This document shows positions 25,669-39,510 of a DNA stretch of 64,000 bases, piece by piece. Source of the stretch: Octopus sinensis (lineage: Eukaryota). The stretch spans positions 102,052,001 to 102,116,000 of the forward strand of contig NC_043002.1 in the NCBI RefSeq assembly GCF_006345805.1, read 5' to 3'. The notes beneath the pieces were generated by a model. The model was not told the origin of the DNA and searched no databases. It saw only the letters and a list, made by a program, of their open reading frames with translations. Every line of letters begins with the position of its first letter. Within the stretch, counting starts at the first letter, position 1. Both the position numbers and the translations under genes were made by a program.

Positions 25669-26490
25669 ATATATATATATATATATTTATATATAAGAGC
25701 CAGAAACGTGCGTCTGGGAATCCGATAGTGGCAGATATATTGTTTCTTCATATTCTGCCAATACGGAGAATATTTTCTTCATGTTAATCGCCATGAATTT
25801 GACTTCAGAAGTTAGAATAAGTTTGTGACAATTTTAAGTAACATGAATTTCCTTTACTTCTAACCACCGCTTGGCATTGATGTTGATTGATCCATGTATA
25901 TTTGTGGGAATAATGTAGCATCGCTTATGTAACTAACATAGATTACAAAGCATGTGTCATATAAATGAATAAACAGCTACTCCCTCATTATCTGGTCAGT
26001 TTTTAGACATGCTCTCCACCTTTGAGATTCAAAACGGTGGTGAGGTTACATACTAGTTTTAACTTTCATCTTTCTCGACAGCCACACACAAGGCAGGAAG
26101 TCTACGATGCCTCGAATAATTTTTCTTATCTATATATATATATGTGTGTGTGTGTGTGTCTGTATACATCTATGTGAGTGTGTGTGTATCTATGTAAGTG
26201 TGTGTGTATGTGTAAGTGCAAGCTTGCATGTGTGCGTATGTGGGTGTGTCTTTGTGCAAACGTATATATGATAATATATATATGTTTATATGAATGCCTT
26301 CCTTGAAATTTGATACACACACACACACACACACATATTTGATTTTTGTAATTGCTGAAGTTAGTGGGAATTTTTTTTATTTGCTGCCGACTGGAACTGC
26401 GCTTGCGTGGTGAATTTGAAATATTATAATATATAATGAAGGGACATCGTGTTATTCTGTCTCTAAATTATACGCTAATCCTTGGCTGGC

Positions 26491-26565
26491 GCATCCACTG
26501 ATGAGAACTTCGCTTAGCAAATTATTTTATTTGCTAAATAAAGTTCGAAACCTAGGTCAGGCTGT
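26491..26565 (+). ncRNA. Minimal type I hammerhead ribozyme motif, probably decayed
   Basis: Core CUGAUGA at 26498-26504. Stem II is GAACUU/AAGUUC, extended by a perfect 9-bp UUAGCAAAU/AUUUGCUAA hairpin. GAAA at 26547-26550, C-CUAG-G stem III, GUC cleavage triplet at 26556-26558. Stem I has 5 of 7 pairs. Confidence 0.6.
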
Positions 26566-26759
26566 AAAAAGCATGGTAAAAGTTTTGGTAAAAAGATTTT
26601 ATTCTTCATTTCCTTCGACATTGCTCTTAAATGTGGTTTTGGACGTTTTGACTGCCCCTTCTAGCATGTAAGGCGGCCTGTTAAGGGTCGCCTCTTTTTT
26701 ATGTTTAAATGTACACTAATTTCATATATATATATATATATATATATACATCCATCTAT

Positions 26760-26828
<69 letters not shown>

Positions 26829-27084
26829 TATACATACACACACGCACTTGCATACACATATATGTCTTGTAACCTTGCACTCGTGCATATGCAATTGCGC
26901 GCGTGTCTGTGTAGTTTTGTATGTATTTCTAACTCCACGAAGATTTCTAAGCAGTATTACGTTTGATTAATCTAGAGAAAATATAATCTGAAAATACATT
27001 CGGAGAAACTGCCACCAACAGAATTGTAAAGCCAAGTGAGTTTCGGTGGGTTGGTGTCAGATATTAATTATTTCACTTGTTTAG

Positions 27085-27132
27085 CTGACAGGCAGCACGG
27101 CTAATGAAGTGCAGTGGAAAAGAAATCGCTGA
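27085..27132 (+). CDS. Candidate terminal coding exon
   Basis: Strong acceptor ttatttcacttgtttag. Phase-0 frame LTGSTANEVQWKRNR* is phase-compatible with the candidate exon 22665-22800. Confidence 0.2.
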   Translation: MTGSTANEVQWKRNR

Positions 27133-27439
27133 TCCATACACTTCACAGCTCCCGGCAGAAAGCCGTTTGTTTCTATGCTTGTGTATCGTGTGTAATTTTA
27201 TGTTTCTCTCCACGAATACGTGTGTGGTGTCTATGTATTACGTTTATAGAATTGCCTACACATATGCTGGCCTGTCTAGTTATGCATGTGAATTCTATTA
27301 TATAATCGAGTAGGTGTGCAACAAGAGGTTGTATGTCCGTGTGTGTTTACTGTACGAAAGAATGTCTTTACTTTGGCAAATGTATTCATGCATACGTATT
27401 CGTTGATATTACTGTGAAACTTTCTTTTGATTACACGCA

Positions 27440-27648
27440 CACATATATATATATATATGTATGTGTGTATATAAATATATATACATATATTTATTTATGC
27501 ATACACACAGATATATACACACATATATATATGTATATATATACACGATATATGTATACATATATATTCATAGATATATCATTCTCTCTCTTTTTATATA
27601 TATATATAAATGTATATATATATATATATTTATATATATGTATATTTA

Positions 27649-27687
<39 letters not shown>

Positions 27688-28312
27688 GTATGTATGTATG
27701 TATATATATATATATATATATATACGTATATATATATATATATGTGTTCCTATATGTGTGGAAAAGTATACACATACGAGTGTTTCTATATTGTGTATAG
27801 TATTATAAACCTGTGTGTATACGTGTGCAGTCGTGACTGTCTATGTATTAGCCCGTAAACAATCGTATGCGTGTTCATGTCTTTTGTATGCATGGTCATG
27901 CAAAGGAATTTGCGTTGTCTATCTGTGCGTATCTGCACATAGATACATACACGCATATATATATTCATACATACATACACGCTCACACGCACACATATAT
28001 GTATCCATATACATATGTGCATACATATACATATATGCGTACATATATATACATATATACACACCCACGCCCACACCTATATATATAATACCTGAATATA
28101 GGCATGCAAGCAATACATACACGCACGTATATTTATATATCTTTATCTATATATGTATGTATGTATGTGTGTGTGCGTGTGTGTATGTGTGTATAAATAT
28201 ATGTTGCATGTTTATGCTTGATCAATACATGCCATAATTTAATGTGTCCCCAAAATGGTTCTGCTCTATTGTGTTGAGACATAATCTGCATATCAAACAC
28301 ATGCTTACATAC

Positions 28313-28375
<63 letters not shown>

Positions 28376-28392
28376 TATGCTCAGAGAGAAAA

Positions 28393-28430
<38 letters not shown>
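27440..28430. repeat. Extended (AT)n/(ATGT)n/(AC)n/(GA)n low-complexity region
   Basis: Visible directly in the sequence. Confidence 0.9.
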
Positions 28431-28431
<1 letters not shown>

Positions 28432-28620
28432 AGGGATCAGATGAGATCTAGAAAACCCTTCATAGCACCCAACAGGTATGAATTTACACTCCGAAACCTT
28501 TACCGAGTATGAAGTCCACGGGGCAAAGAATGGCCGCAAGAGGAATGCAGGTGAGATGCAATGGAGATAATGATGCAAACGAATGCACCTGCTCGGGATA
28601 GAGTTCTCTATAAAGGATAC

Positions 28621-28702
28621 CATTCGTATTTCGATTTGCAATTTTGCTCATTGTCGAATCCACAGAGTTCGACAGATACACAGTCTTCAGGAATGTAAAA
28701 TT
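28621..28702 (-). CDS. Candidate 82-nt Cys-containing exon
   Basis: Acceptor ctttcgaacctaatag, donor TG/gtatcc. Frame FYIPEDCVSVELCGFDNEQNCKSKYE. The splice sites are only moderate. Confidence 0.15.
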
Positions 28703-31700
28703 CTATTAGGTTCGAAAGATAGTACAGTTGCATTTCAAGATGGAAAGAAACAAATGCTTCGCTGGTCGTGATTAATAAATTTTATTGAGTTAATATTTCC
28801 CGAAATTTTTTATAACATAATCTCGTCTATAATACCAACTGTTCCTGATACTGGCAGAAAATTCTTCAGGTTTCAGAGTAGAAAAACACCCAATACATTT
28901 TTAGCACTTCATAACAAACAGCAATCTTCAAATCTCCCAAAACACAAGACATAACTTGTTTTGGGGTGGCGTGTAATAGTCTTTCTCAAGATGTGTTCCT
29001 CTTTCTTATTGCGAGCTAACCATCGGATAAAATTATAATGAACCTACTTTTCATCACATGTGAGAATTCAACGGTTCGGAAGCAAGGTAACTCTTCAGTG
29101 ATGAGCAGAGGGCAATTCATTGATTAAACCGAAGCAAAAAAACCCAATCAGATGATGAGAGACCCACTGCCTAAGTTTAGACATTTGTTCTATTTCATGA
29201 AAATGTTTTGCAATCGAAATGTGGCTTGAACTGAATGCTCTGCTATTTTCCTTGAACACTTTGGTTTGGGTTCTCCTCTGCTACGATTTTCAGAAACACA
29301 GTATTGATTGAACTTGATCATTCAGATGCAAGGGAAACTGCGCAAGATAAATATCTCGAATAATGCTCCCCGAATCATGATTGTTATGCCTGAATACTGA
29401 AAGTTTCGTTTCCAGAAACAGAAGGAATATTTCTTGCTGTTAAAAAAACATTATGCATTCATACAGTAAGTAATGGCTGTTATGGATCTGATATAAATTC
29501 GGATTAGAAGGGTAAAATCGATCGAATTAACTACAATGATGAAACGTAATCTGTAAACAAAAACAAAATTTAATGCTTATATCACCACCGTAAATATTGA
29601 AAAGGCATCCTTAAAATGGTCCTGTGAAAATGATGTTGGAATTTCTCTCCAAATTAATATTTTCTATAATAGTAATCTTCGAAGAAAATTTAATTATGCA
29701 ACTTAGATGGTTGGATGGATATGCAGAGCTACATTTCTGGGATCGTGTAGTATTTGAAATTATTTAGATTCCGTATTGAAATTTGATTCCTTCAATCTCA
29801 AAAAAAAAAAAAAAGTATGATGAACCTATCGGATTTTGAACTCGGAACGTAAACATAAGGCACAACCTATCGAGAAAAGTGAAAGAAAAAAAAATTCCAT
29901 TTAATCCAATGTATTACCGAATAGTCGACTGTTTATTCTGTCCATATTGATATAAGTGAATTGTCAAGTTTGTTTAATTGATATATTTGGAAAATAAATA
30001 GTTCGGTAGACAATAGAAGAATTTTAATGCAAATATTTACTATTATAGCACATTTTAAGAGACTATAATGCTGAAAATATGTCCATTTGCGGCTTTAAAT
30101 TATATTGCTTTCATGTATGTTTATTATTATTTTTCAAAACTACACGTTAATCAAGTTTTTCGCTTATGTTTAGCTAATGTACACAAAATACCTCGTTTAC
30201 GGAGAAATAATATTTGTAAAGACTCGCTTCTCTGATCTGGATTATATTGTCAAATTTAAAGGCGAATATACAAAAATAACAAAAATAAAAACCAATAACG
30301 AAAAGAAAATATAAAAACAAAACAAACACAACGATAGGCAACTGCACTTATATTGAAATCTATTCACAAACAAGATCTATACAATAGACACATGAAAAAT
30401 GGAATTTATGCTATAACAGTCCGAATAAATATGATAGAGATATTCCGAGTTGTTACATTTTTTTTTTCTTTATGAAGATGTCAGTCTAAAATTTTCTAAC
30501 AACGAAATCGTAAAATTTAAAGAATTTTTATTTCTTTTATATATCATATTTTATAATTCTATGAGAAAGTTTTAGGTAAGTTTCAAGTAGAGATTGTTAT
30601 AATTTAACACAACATATTTAAGAAATGAAATCAAATAAAAGGAATTTGTTACAACGAAATAAATATATCCTTGCAACAATAATGCATTTTTAAACATGGC
30701 GGTTTTGATATATTCTGAAATAAGGATATATATCACAAGAAGACATAGAATATATATTTTTTTCCACTTCACTAAAGAATCCCAATGAAATGTCGTTCGT
30801 ACATCGATATATGTATATGCATGTGTGTATGTGTGTGTGTGCACGTGCGTATGTGTGAGTGTATACAGATATGCATGTATATTTACGTATACGTATACAC
30901 ACATGTCAGAAAAGAAGTGTGGCCTAGAGTTTAGCTTATCGATTTCATGGTCGCTAGATCGTAGTTTCGTTTCACGGTGCAGGTAGTGCACTTTGTTCTT
31001 TAGTAAAACATTGCAGATCCTAGTGTCCTATGGTTTCAATTCCCTCGTATTGCGAGTAAACCTGCGCTGAAGTAGCATTCCACCTTTTGCAATGTTGACC
31101 AATCCGCCTACACAACCAGGGGGCATCTTTCGACAGCTAAAACAACGTCATGAAACGCATTGTGATAAGCGGTTAATAAACATACTCGCTTTTGTAGTCG
31201 ACATATTTACATGAAGGTAGTAACTATACCGAGAAGTAATGTTATCGCCACTTCAACATGGCAGTTCTACGTTGATATCCGTTTTACGCTATATTCATTT
31301 GCAGTGATTCGACCAGAGCGATAGAATCAGCAGTCATCGTCTTTGCCCGTCATCTTCCTCAAGCGCCTGCTCTTTTTGTTTATCGTATTTTAGCCATATA
31401 TCCTGACGTAGTTTTGTGCCCGGGTGTGTAGCAAGTGATATTTTACGCCAACAGCACCAGTCAAATTCATCTTGCAGTAAGGATTTTAAGCATGGGATAG
31501 CCTTGTAATCGACAGCAGTGATCACAATCTGTATATCCATAGATACTTAACCAGGTCATAACTGAGCAACAAATTCCCAACTCACTCTATTGCCACTGCA
31601 ATACAAGGGTTCATGTCTGAAGCAATGTCATTTTTTTCTTCATGTATAGCAGCACGATCTTAGAGAGCCAGGTACAGCGCTTGACTTCTCATTCAATTTC

Positions 31701-33079
31701 CAAGTTGAAATAATTGATAAATTCTTCCGTATCTTCTGCTTTCCTCTAAGAATACTTCATCTGCCCACACATCATTTAGGACACTCTCAAACATCTATTC
31801 AATGACGCACAAAACTCTTCTACATGCATAAAAAACAGAAACAGATACAATTCGTTCTTACCATTTGTCAGTTAAATTCGTCAGATAAGCTACCATATTT
31901 TGTAACACATCCCTTTCATATATTTACTTCTTGCCCGGAGCTGGTCTGATCTGGCACCAATTTTCTTGCAACACAAGCAAAATACACTGTATTACAGCAA
32001 AATGCAATTTACTCGATATTCTTGCGAATATTCTAATAACGTTAAGCTAATTTGCGCTTTCACCCCTGTTCTCTTAGCAATTAAAAAATGATGGAATATT
32101 GGGAGTGTAAATCTTCCTGCCTGTCTACTTTTCCTTTTACAATTCTAAACTGTACGACTTACATAAAGAAAGGATATTTATACCAAATACTATTACACAA
32201 TGAGTTATCCAAAGACAATCCTGTTCACACCCGTAGCTGCTGGTAGAGATGTTTAAATATCTTAAAAGTATTTTGTTCGCAAAAATATCCATAAATAAAT
32301 TTATTCTTGTAGCTCAAATAATTCAACATGAAATTGCCTTGTACCTGGTGTTCTGTCAAAAGCGATGCTTTCTGGCAAACTCCTTTTATTGTCTATAATT
32401 GATATTCCTTTAGCGTGTGTGTGTGTGTGTGTGTGTAAATAGGGAATCTCACTCTCTGAAGCGTGCCATATAGGTATAATCAGTGAAGCAAACGACCATA
32501 ATCTTACGCCACATCGATCTTTTCATAGAAATTAGAATTATTAGAAATTTCACGTAAATATTCTCATTTGACCTGAATCAGGAAACAGCTCAAACGTCTG
32601 GCAAGTGGTTGCCTCTCACTCCACTCACTGTGGCAGAGGATTTCCATGGCACTTTATACCTAATGTTTGCTTCAGAGCTTTCTCATCTCCCAGTCCGCTG
32701 AATTCATTTGTTTTCGTTATGTCACATCTTTATTAGGATCGCTTTAAATGTTTACAAAACTTAGGAGTCTACGTAAGAGGGAAGTTAGGCGACAGCTGGT
32801 CGGACACTTGCCGTTTCTATTTGCTTAGTCTGTGTGGTGCTTTTTTACAGTCCCCGGTGGCTTCCCACCCTTTTACACACTCCATGATACCGCACACCTA
32901 CAACGTTATTGGATGGATATCGACCCGTAGTTTCTAGCCTATGTTTTGCTTTCTCATTTCTTCTAGCTAGTCGTACTCGGGTGGTAAATGTACTAAACGA
33001 CAAATGATCTTAGTTGTCATTGCTTCCAGTCCAAACACCCGGAGACTGAGTATTGCTGCCAAAACAGCAACAGCGGCAT

Positions 33080-33280
33080 CAGTACATTAACCTCAGTGCT
33101 CTGCTATTTTCCTCTTTTCTGCTGCTCTCTGTCGCTTTTACTCTTCTAATGAAAATATTAATATCATGTCTTTTACTAACACCCTTGTGTCTACTACGTA
33201 TTTTATGCTCTAATACGTCGTATTGACCTTGCCAACTTTCCCTCAGTGTGCTATAACATAGTGATAGCTTAGTGATCACC
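33080..33280 (-). mobile_element. Possible Ty3/gypsy integrase C-terminal remnant
   Basis: ESWQGQYDVLEHK resembles the GPY/F motif (W.GPY.V). There is no other support. Confidence 0.25.
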
Positions 33281-33745
33281 GAGGTTTATGTTGACTCCAC
33301 GAAACTAGAAGTAGTTTTCAATCACCACAAGGCTCATTGAATCTCTTTACTACTACCGCCAAGTTAACTACAAGCAGAATTCACTGTTGATATCACTAGC
33401 AATTTTATAAATACAATATTTCCTATTTCCCATGATTTGTCGCATCGAACTGTAAGGAAGCGTGTAGTTTACCAACACTGTCTGCAGTCTCACCTTATTT
33501 TAAGTCGTAAGACTACTCACAGATTCTTATATATCTTACTCCACTCGATGCCTCACTCTCCTTACTTGGTACTAAACCTTAGAAGTCATAAAAAATAATG
33601 TCGCTGTTATAAAACACTCCTTTCATTTTCTTGAACAAATTACTAGAGTAAAGAGGAACTGTTTTTCTCGATATATTTATTCCACTCCTTTCCAATTACT
33701 GATCAGCCATCGCTCTTCATACAGTTTATACTGATATATATATCT

Positions 33746-33792
<47 letters not shown>

Positions 33793-34999
33793 AAGTTCAT
33801 GTTTTCTCTTTTCTTCTCTGTGTATGTGTTTATATTTTAAATTATACTATTTCTGTAATATTTATAGTGTTATGATTTTAGATTCTTTTTTATGTCTGGT
33901 GTCATGTTTGAAAATAATAGCGTGTTGGATCTATTATTTAGCTTATTGTGTCTTCTGATGCCAGCCGTGTGTGACGTGCACTTCTTCCTGTTATTTTTGA
34001 AGATATTGTAAGCCATGCAATATCAATACAAATGACTACCACACACAAATATACACGGTTTAAACCAATGTTTCGAAGGAGCATTTTACTCTGCGGTAAT
34101 GAGATGAGTTTCTCAATAATAATGCGTTTGTTCTTATTAAATGAAACAAAATGCTTTATATCAAGAATTCCAAGAAGAAAATGCCTTCTAAATAGGGGTC
34201 TGAATCTGCGTGCATTAGTGACAACCAGCAACTGCAAGAACAGACAAAAAAATTTAAGCAGTAACAAGAATTTCATTTATGGGTCAAAAGGGTATGAATT
34301 AAAGACAACTAGGATGCAATTTGGATTATGATTTTTATTTAAATCAGCATTCATGGCAAAACCCGTCTTACCATATGTGGGTACCTATTATGCTACCTAT
34401 CGTTTTTTAAGTCATTGCTTGTGATTTGAGGGAAAATTGGCTCCTATTTCTTGCAGATCAATAGACCACATTTTGCATTTCATCAATGTAAACTTTTAAT
34501 GATGTACAGAAATGTGGGTTGTTGTGGTAAGGTAGCTTTTAGCATTTAAAAATAATATTGGTACTTACCATACAGCCACTCCTGCGCTTAATACTAGCTT
34601 TTGTTTCTATTAGTTTGGCCAAAAATGAAATATATTTTTATCTTGGTAAAGAACGGAAAAGGTACTGGGAAAAGAGAAAATCATTGATGGAAGGTATGTT
34701 TAGTCAGCAAATTCAGAGGAACTGAGGGCATTCTATAAAAATGGAGACGAGACTGAGAGTTAAAACGAAGAAAAAAACGAGTGTTTTTGAACCAATATTT
34801 ACAGCGCGCTGTATGTGTGTGTTTGTGTGTTTCTTTGTATGTTTGTGTGTGTGTGTGTTTCTTTGTGTGTTTGTGTGTGTGTGTATGTCCGTGTGTGTAT
34901 TTGTATGTGTCATTTTGAAGCGTTAGAGAAACATTCATTGTATATCGTAGTTATATTCCGTTTGAATATATGGCATGGTCACGGCTGGAAAGTCTTTGA

Positions 35000-35539
35000 T
35001 TAAAGGGCACCGTTGTAAGGGTGATATGAGATGAAAGACATTAAATTAAACATTATAAATAGGAGTACCCTTCTTGGATTAAAATCCCAGCTGATTGAAG
35101 TAGTCTCTTCTTTTATTGGTTGGTCAACAAAGATAGGGGCATTTCCATATGAAGTGGTCACGTCTTTGCAAAATAGTGAAATTGGTGCAGTTTTTATCGG
35201 AAAAACATGGTCATCAATTTTAGCTTTTTGATTAGAAATCCTGAATGTTGAGAATTTAGGCTAAGCCGCGGTGAAGTGAAATTTCTGCCCTAAATCTTTC
35301 TTTGTTTCTCTTCGATCTATGTCCACCTGATTTATTGCTGAGTCAGCAATGATGCCGAATCTTTCTTCTGGTACCGAACTAATCTATGTCGACAAGATTT
35401 TCATCACAAAATATCAAGACTCCGGATTTCCTTTCTCACCATCATTAGATCCGCATTCACTGAGCAACATCTGGAAAACCAAAAAGTCAACGGTAGTAAC
35501 TTGTCCAGTATCCATGCAACCATTTCTCATCACTAAACG
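35000..35539 (-). pseudogene. Unidentified near-open reading frame (180 codons, 3 internal stops)
   Basis: One frame carries only three internal stops (35414, 35384, 35261). The last 87 codons are uninterrupted: PKFSTFRISNQKAKIDDHVFPIKTAPISLFCKDVTTSYGNAPIFVDQPIKEETTSISWDFNPRR... Codons look coding-like. Confidence 0.35.
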
Positions 35540-36049
35540 CTGTAACGAAACATTCAATTTAATTCAAATAAAGGTGTGTTGAATTTATGACATCATTTTC
35601 TGATTTCTCATTATATTCTTCATCCTTTGCCACATGATAATCATCTCTACATCATTCCCATATCCTAATATGACTAGTTCAAACATGAAGGAGAGATGAG
35701 CACTATTCATGTTCTAGAAAGAAATCTAAATTTGTATTTGTCTATTTACTTTCGGCCGGGGGTTTTAAGATACACAGTTTTATTCCCATGATATAAAATG
35801 TAAAAATAATCACGATTCTACAGCATGCCTACCCTTGGGTTAGGAACGGGGAAAAAGTGGAAGAACAAAAAACATTGAAAAAAAAAAACGTATGAGGAAG
35901 ATTTAGAAAGCAAAGCATCAATGTTGTGATATCGTTAATGGAGAGTAAGAAAAAAAATATTTTCAGAATTTGGGAAGTTGAACAACGAAAATAGATTTCT
36001 TTTTTGTTAAAATTTAGTTTCTGCTATTTTAGTTTAAAAACGTGTACGC

Positions 36050-36259
36050 ACACACGCATGCATGAGTGTATGTATGTATGTATGTATGTATGTATGTATG
36101 TATGTGTGTTTATATGTACGCATGCTTGCATTTATGTATGTAGATGATGAGATGATGATACGTATATAAATGTGATTCTTTACATGTATAGATAGCTTTA
36201 AATATATTTTATATATTCATGCATTCAGGAACAATAATCGTGTAAATATGTATACAAAT

Positions 36260-36321
<62 letters not shown>

Positions 36322-36672
36322 GTGTATTTATGTCTGTATGCATGTGTATGCCTACGCATACATGTATACATTCATACATACATATTTATGTACATTCAAT
36401 TATGCACATCCTGATTATATACACGCACATCTAAGAGCGCATAGTGTATATGAATGAGAAACAAGAGCTATTCATGCACTTATATTTGTATTTTCATTTA
36501 TTTATTACCACATTTATACGCACAGACGTATGCACTTACATAAAAACATATGTATGTGTATATACGTGCATTCATGCATCTCCATCTCTCCTTCGCCTTA
36601 CATATATATATATATATGAGTGTGTATATGTGTGCGTGTTTGTATGTATATCGCTATGGATATGTATACATA

Positions 36673-36722
<50 letters not shown>

Positions 36723-36770
36723 TATGTGTGTGTGTACGTGAATTTGTATGTATATATGTATGTATATATT
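36050..36770. repeat. (ATGT)n/(AT)n microsatellite region
   Basis: Visible directly in the sequence. Confidence 0.9.
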
Positions 36771-37288
36771 CTTCACAATGAATAATAGGAAACTTAAAAT
36801 ATTTAAAGGTATTTTTAATGGACTTTTTTTTATTTAATTCTTTTACATCACATCTCTCCAAAGACTCAATATACACACATATTACAGTGACATCCACGCA
36901 ACACACACACACACACACACACACACTGACATCCTATGAAGGCATGCAGACACAAAAAACACACAAATATACATGCACACATAAACACACGTACACACAC
37001 AAACATACAAATTTAAGATCACACACAAATATATATAAACATACATGCTTTGAAACCCCACCTACTCAAACGTGTGTTCAACTACGCAGCTATTAAATTG
37101 TTCTGTTAGTATAAACCTGAGCTCTTTTCAGCATCAATCTTGTCACGACCTTTGAAATGGATTACAGTTTAATGATGATGATGATGGTGATGGTGATGAT
37201 GATCATGGTGATAGTTTTTGTCAGGTAATAATAATCCAATAAATATAATAAAAATATATGATTAAAAAATTGATAACAGCATTTTCAG

Positions 37289-37485
37289 ATTTTGGAGATA
37301 CGCCATAGAAATAAAGCTGCTTCGAATATATCGACCATGCCGTTTCTAAATGGGAAACAACCATATCCCTACAAGGCAATTAAGGCATCTCTCTACACCC
37401 ATGAGTGCATGCATTTCGATGTAGATAAAATAATTGCTTCGGAATATTCTAGTTGTTGTTTCGATCCCAGAGCAGAATTCGTTGA
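37289..37485 (+). CDS. Candidate 197-nt exon
   Basis: Acceptor agcattttcag, donor GA/gtaaat. Open frame ILEIRHRNKAASNISTMPFLNGKQPYPYKAIKASLYTHECMHFDVDKIIASEYSSCCFDPRAEFV. Confidence 0.25.
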
Positions 37486-39466
37486 GTAAATGATTTTAAG
37501 AATAATATTACATCTGGCGAAATTCGCTCGATGGAACTCGTGTGAAAGCTAACGAAGTTCTCATTATTACTCATATATTACGGCCTTAGGTTGTGGCCTT
37601 GATAAACACCATGAAAGGATTTTACTCGTAGGGGTGTTTTACCGATTCCACTAAATCCAACAGTCTGGCCAGACGTGAAACTGGAGGAAAAGCTTTCACT
37701 TGTCCTCAGGGGTTTCTTGAAAATCCCAAAAATATTCATAGGTGCGACCCTTCCTCCTCAACGTAATGTTAAACGGACAACAGCAATAACAGAAATGCAT
37801 TGGAGAGGAAATTAGAAGCAATTTAAACGGAGCAGCAAGCAACGCGAACTAACAGCGCTGAGAATGGCTGTCGATAACTTATATCATGTGAAATAAGAAG
37901 ATTGCATTTTGAAATCTTTATGAATTCTAATACATGAATGAGCGACATTGGTTTCGTCGTTATGGGAGATGGAGAAATGCTGAGGCTGCAGCATCACAAT
38001 CCCATCTTTCACAAACTGATACAGAGACGTGTTATTAAATTCGAAAGTAGACTGACAACTGTAGTGGATTCTAGTGACTACCTACGTCTAAAATCAAATA
38101 TGGTTTAAGCGAAATATATTATAAGCGAATGAATTTTGAAATAGACATTTTAATTGGCTATATTATAATTTTAGTTAAAATGAGCTGCATAAAAATGTGA
38201 ATAAATGCTATTGATATTTTAGAAATATTTGTGTGAGTATTGCAGGTGAGAAGAAATGCGCAACATGTAAATTGTTGTCAATGAATGAATGACGACGGAA
38301 AAGATAATATTGTATTATTTTGGAGAAGCTGTTAAATGCTTCTGTAATTTTGGTGGGAACGAACCACCTTAGCAGATATAACACAAAGAGGCAAATATCT
38401 GTCCGAAGCAAAATGTTGTCGCTCACAGGACATTCTAGACCGTTTTCATAAGAATGAAAATATAAATTTGAATTAGAAAAACTAACAGAGCAATTAATTT
38501 ACTGATTGAATTAGAATCAAATACTTTACAATGAATAAAACAAATAAAAAATTTTGAGAAAATCTGAACTATCCTAAATCATCGAGCCCATTCACAGGAA
38601 TTAACCTCCTGGCTTCACAAGTCCGGATATTATAGCCAGGATATAAAATACAATATATCTAAAATCACCTACCTAAACATACTGAGCAGAAGAAATGTCC
38701 AACAAAAATACGAAGTCAAAAAATCGCTGTTTCTTCGATCAAGAAATTCCCCCACGTGATTACGAGAAGTTCCATCACGTGCCTACGAGAAAGTAGAGGA
38801 AAATTCCTAAGATCCGCCACAACAGCCGCCTTTCAGGCTGATTGCGGTCGACTGTCCTCCCGACCGGCCTGTTAAGACATTCCATTTTCCCATTATCCTT
38901 TGCGCCAGCGTACTACACTCGTCTGATAGTTGAAAGACCCTTTTTTGTTATTTATTTATGCTATAATTGTACAATTATTTTTCTTTTGCTGTATAACCGA
39001 AATGCGTTTCTCCATTGTGTATGTATAATTCTTTTTCTGATACACTTGTACAACGTTACGTTCGTCCGATAGTGGAAATACCTTTTCTGTTATTTACTTA
39101 TCTATATTTATATATGTACAATGTTTTTTCTTCCTTCTATTGTATGGCCAAAAGGCGTTCTGTTGTACATGTATAATTCTAGCTTTCTTATTTTTGTTTC
39201 TCTTCCTGTTTCGTTCTTGATTGCCTTTCCCAGAAACTTAATGCTTTTAGCTTGAGTCACTGGTACCCGCCTGATTCGATTAGTATGGGATAAAAAGGGG
39301 GCGAAATTACAAGGACTTTCCAGATTCCGATTGATGAGGAAATCGGCTGCGAATGATACATAAACTTTTTTTTGTCCTGTTTGTGATTTGACGTCGTATC
39401 GTCTGTTGTTCCGGATGTTGTGTTTTCTTGGTTTCTGTGTGTTGTGTTCTTTCTGTCCTACCTTAG

Positions 39467-39510
<44 letters not shown>

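Noticed and set aside
33938-34331. Overlapping 99-112 aa ORFs on both strands
   Set aside because: No motif support. The fragment LYQEFQEEN only vaguely recalls DNA transposon proteins.
38820-38880. Hammerhead-like ctgattgc-ggtcg...cgacc hairpin
   Set aside because: The core is mismatched and GAAA is absent.
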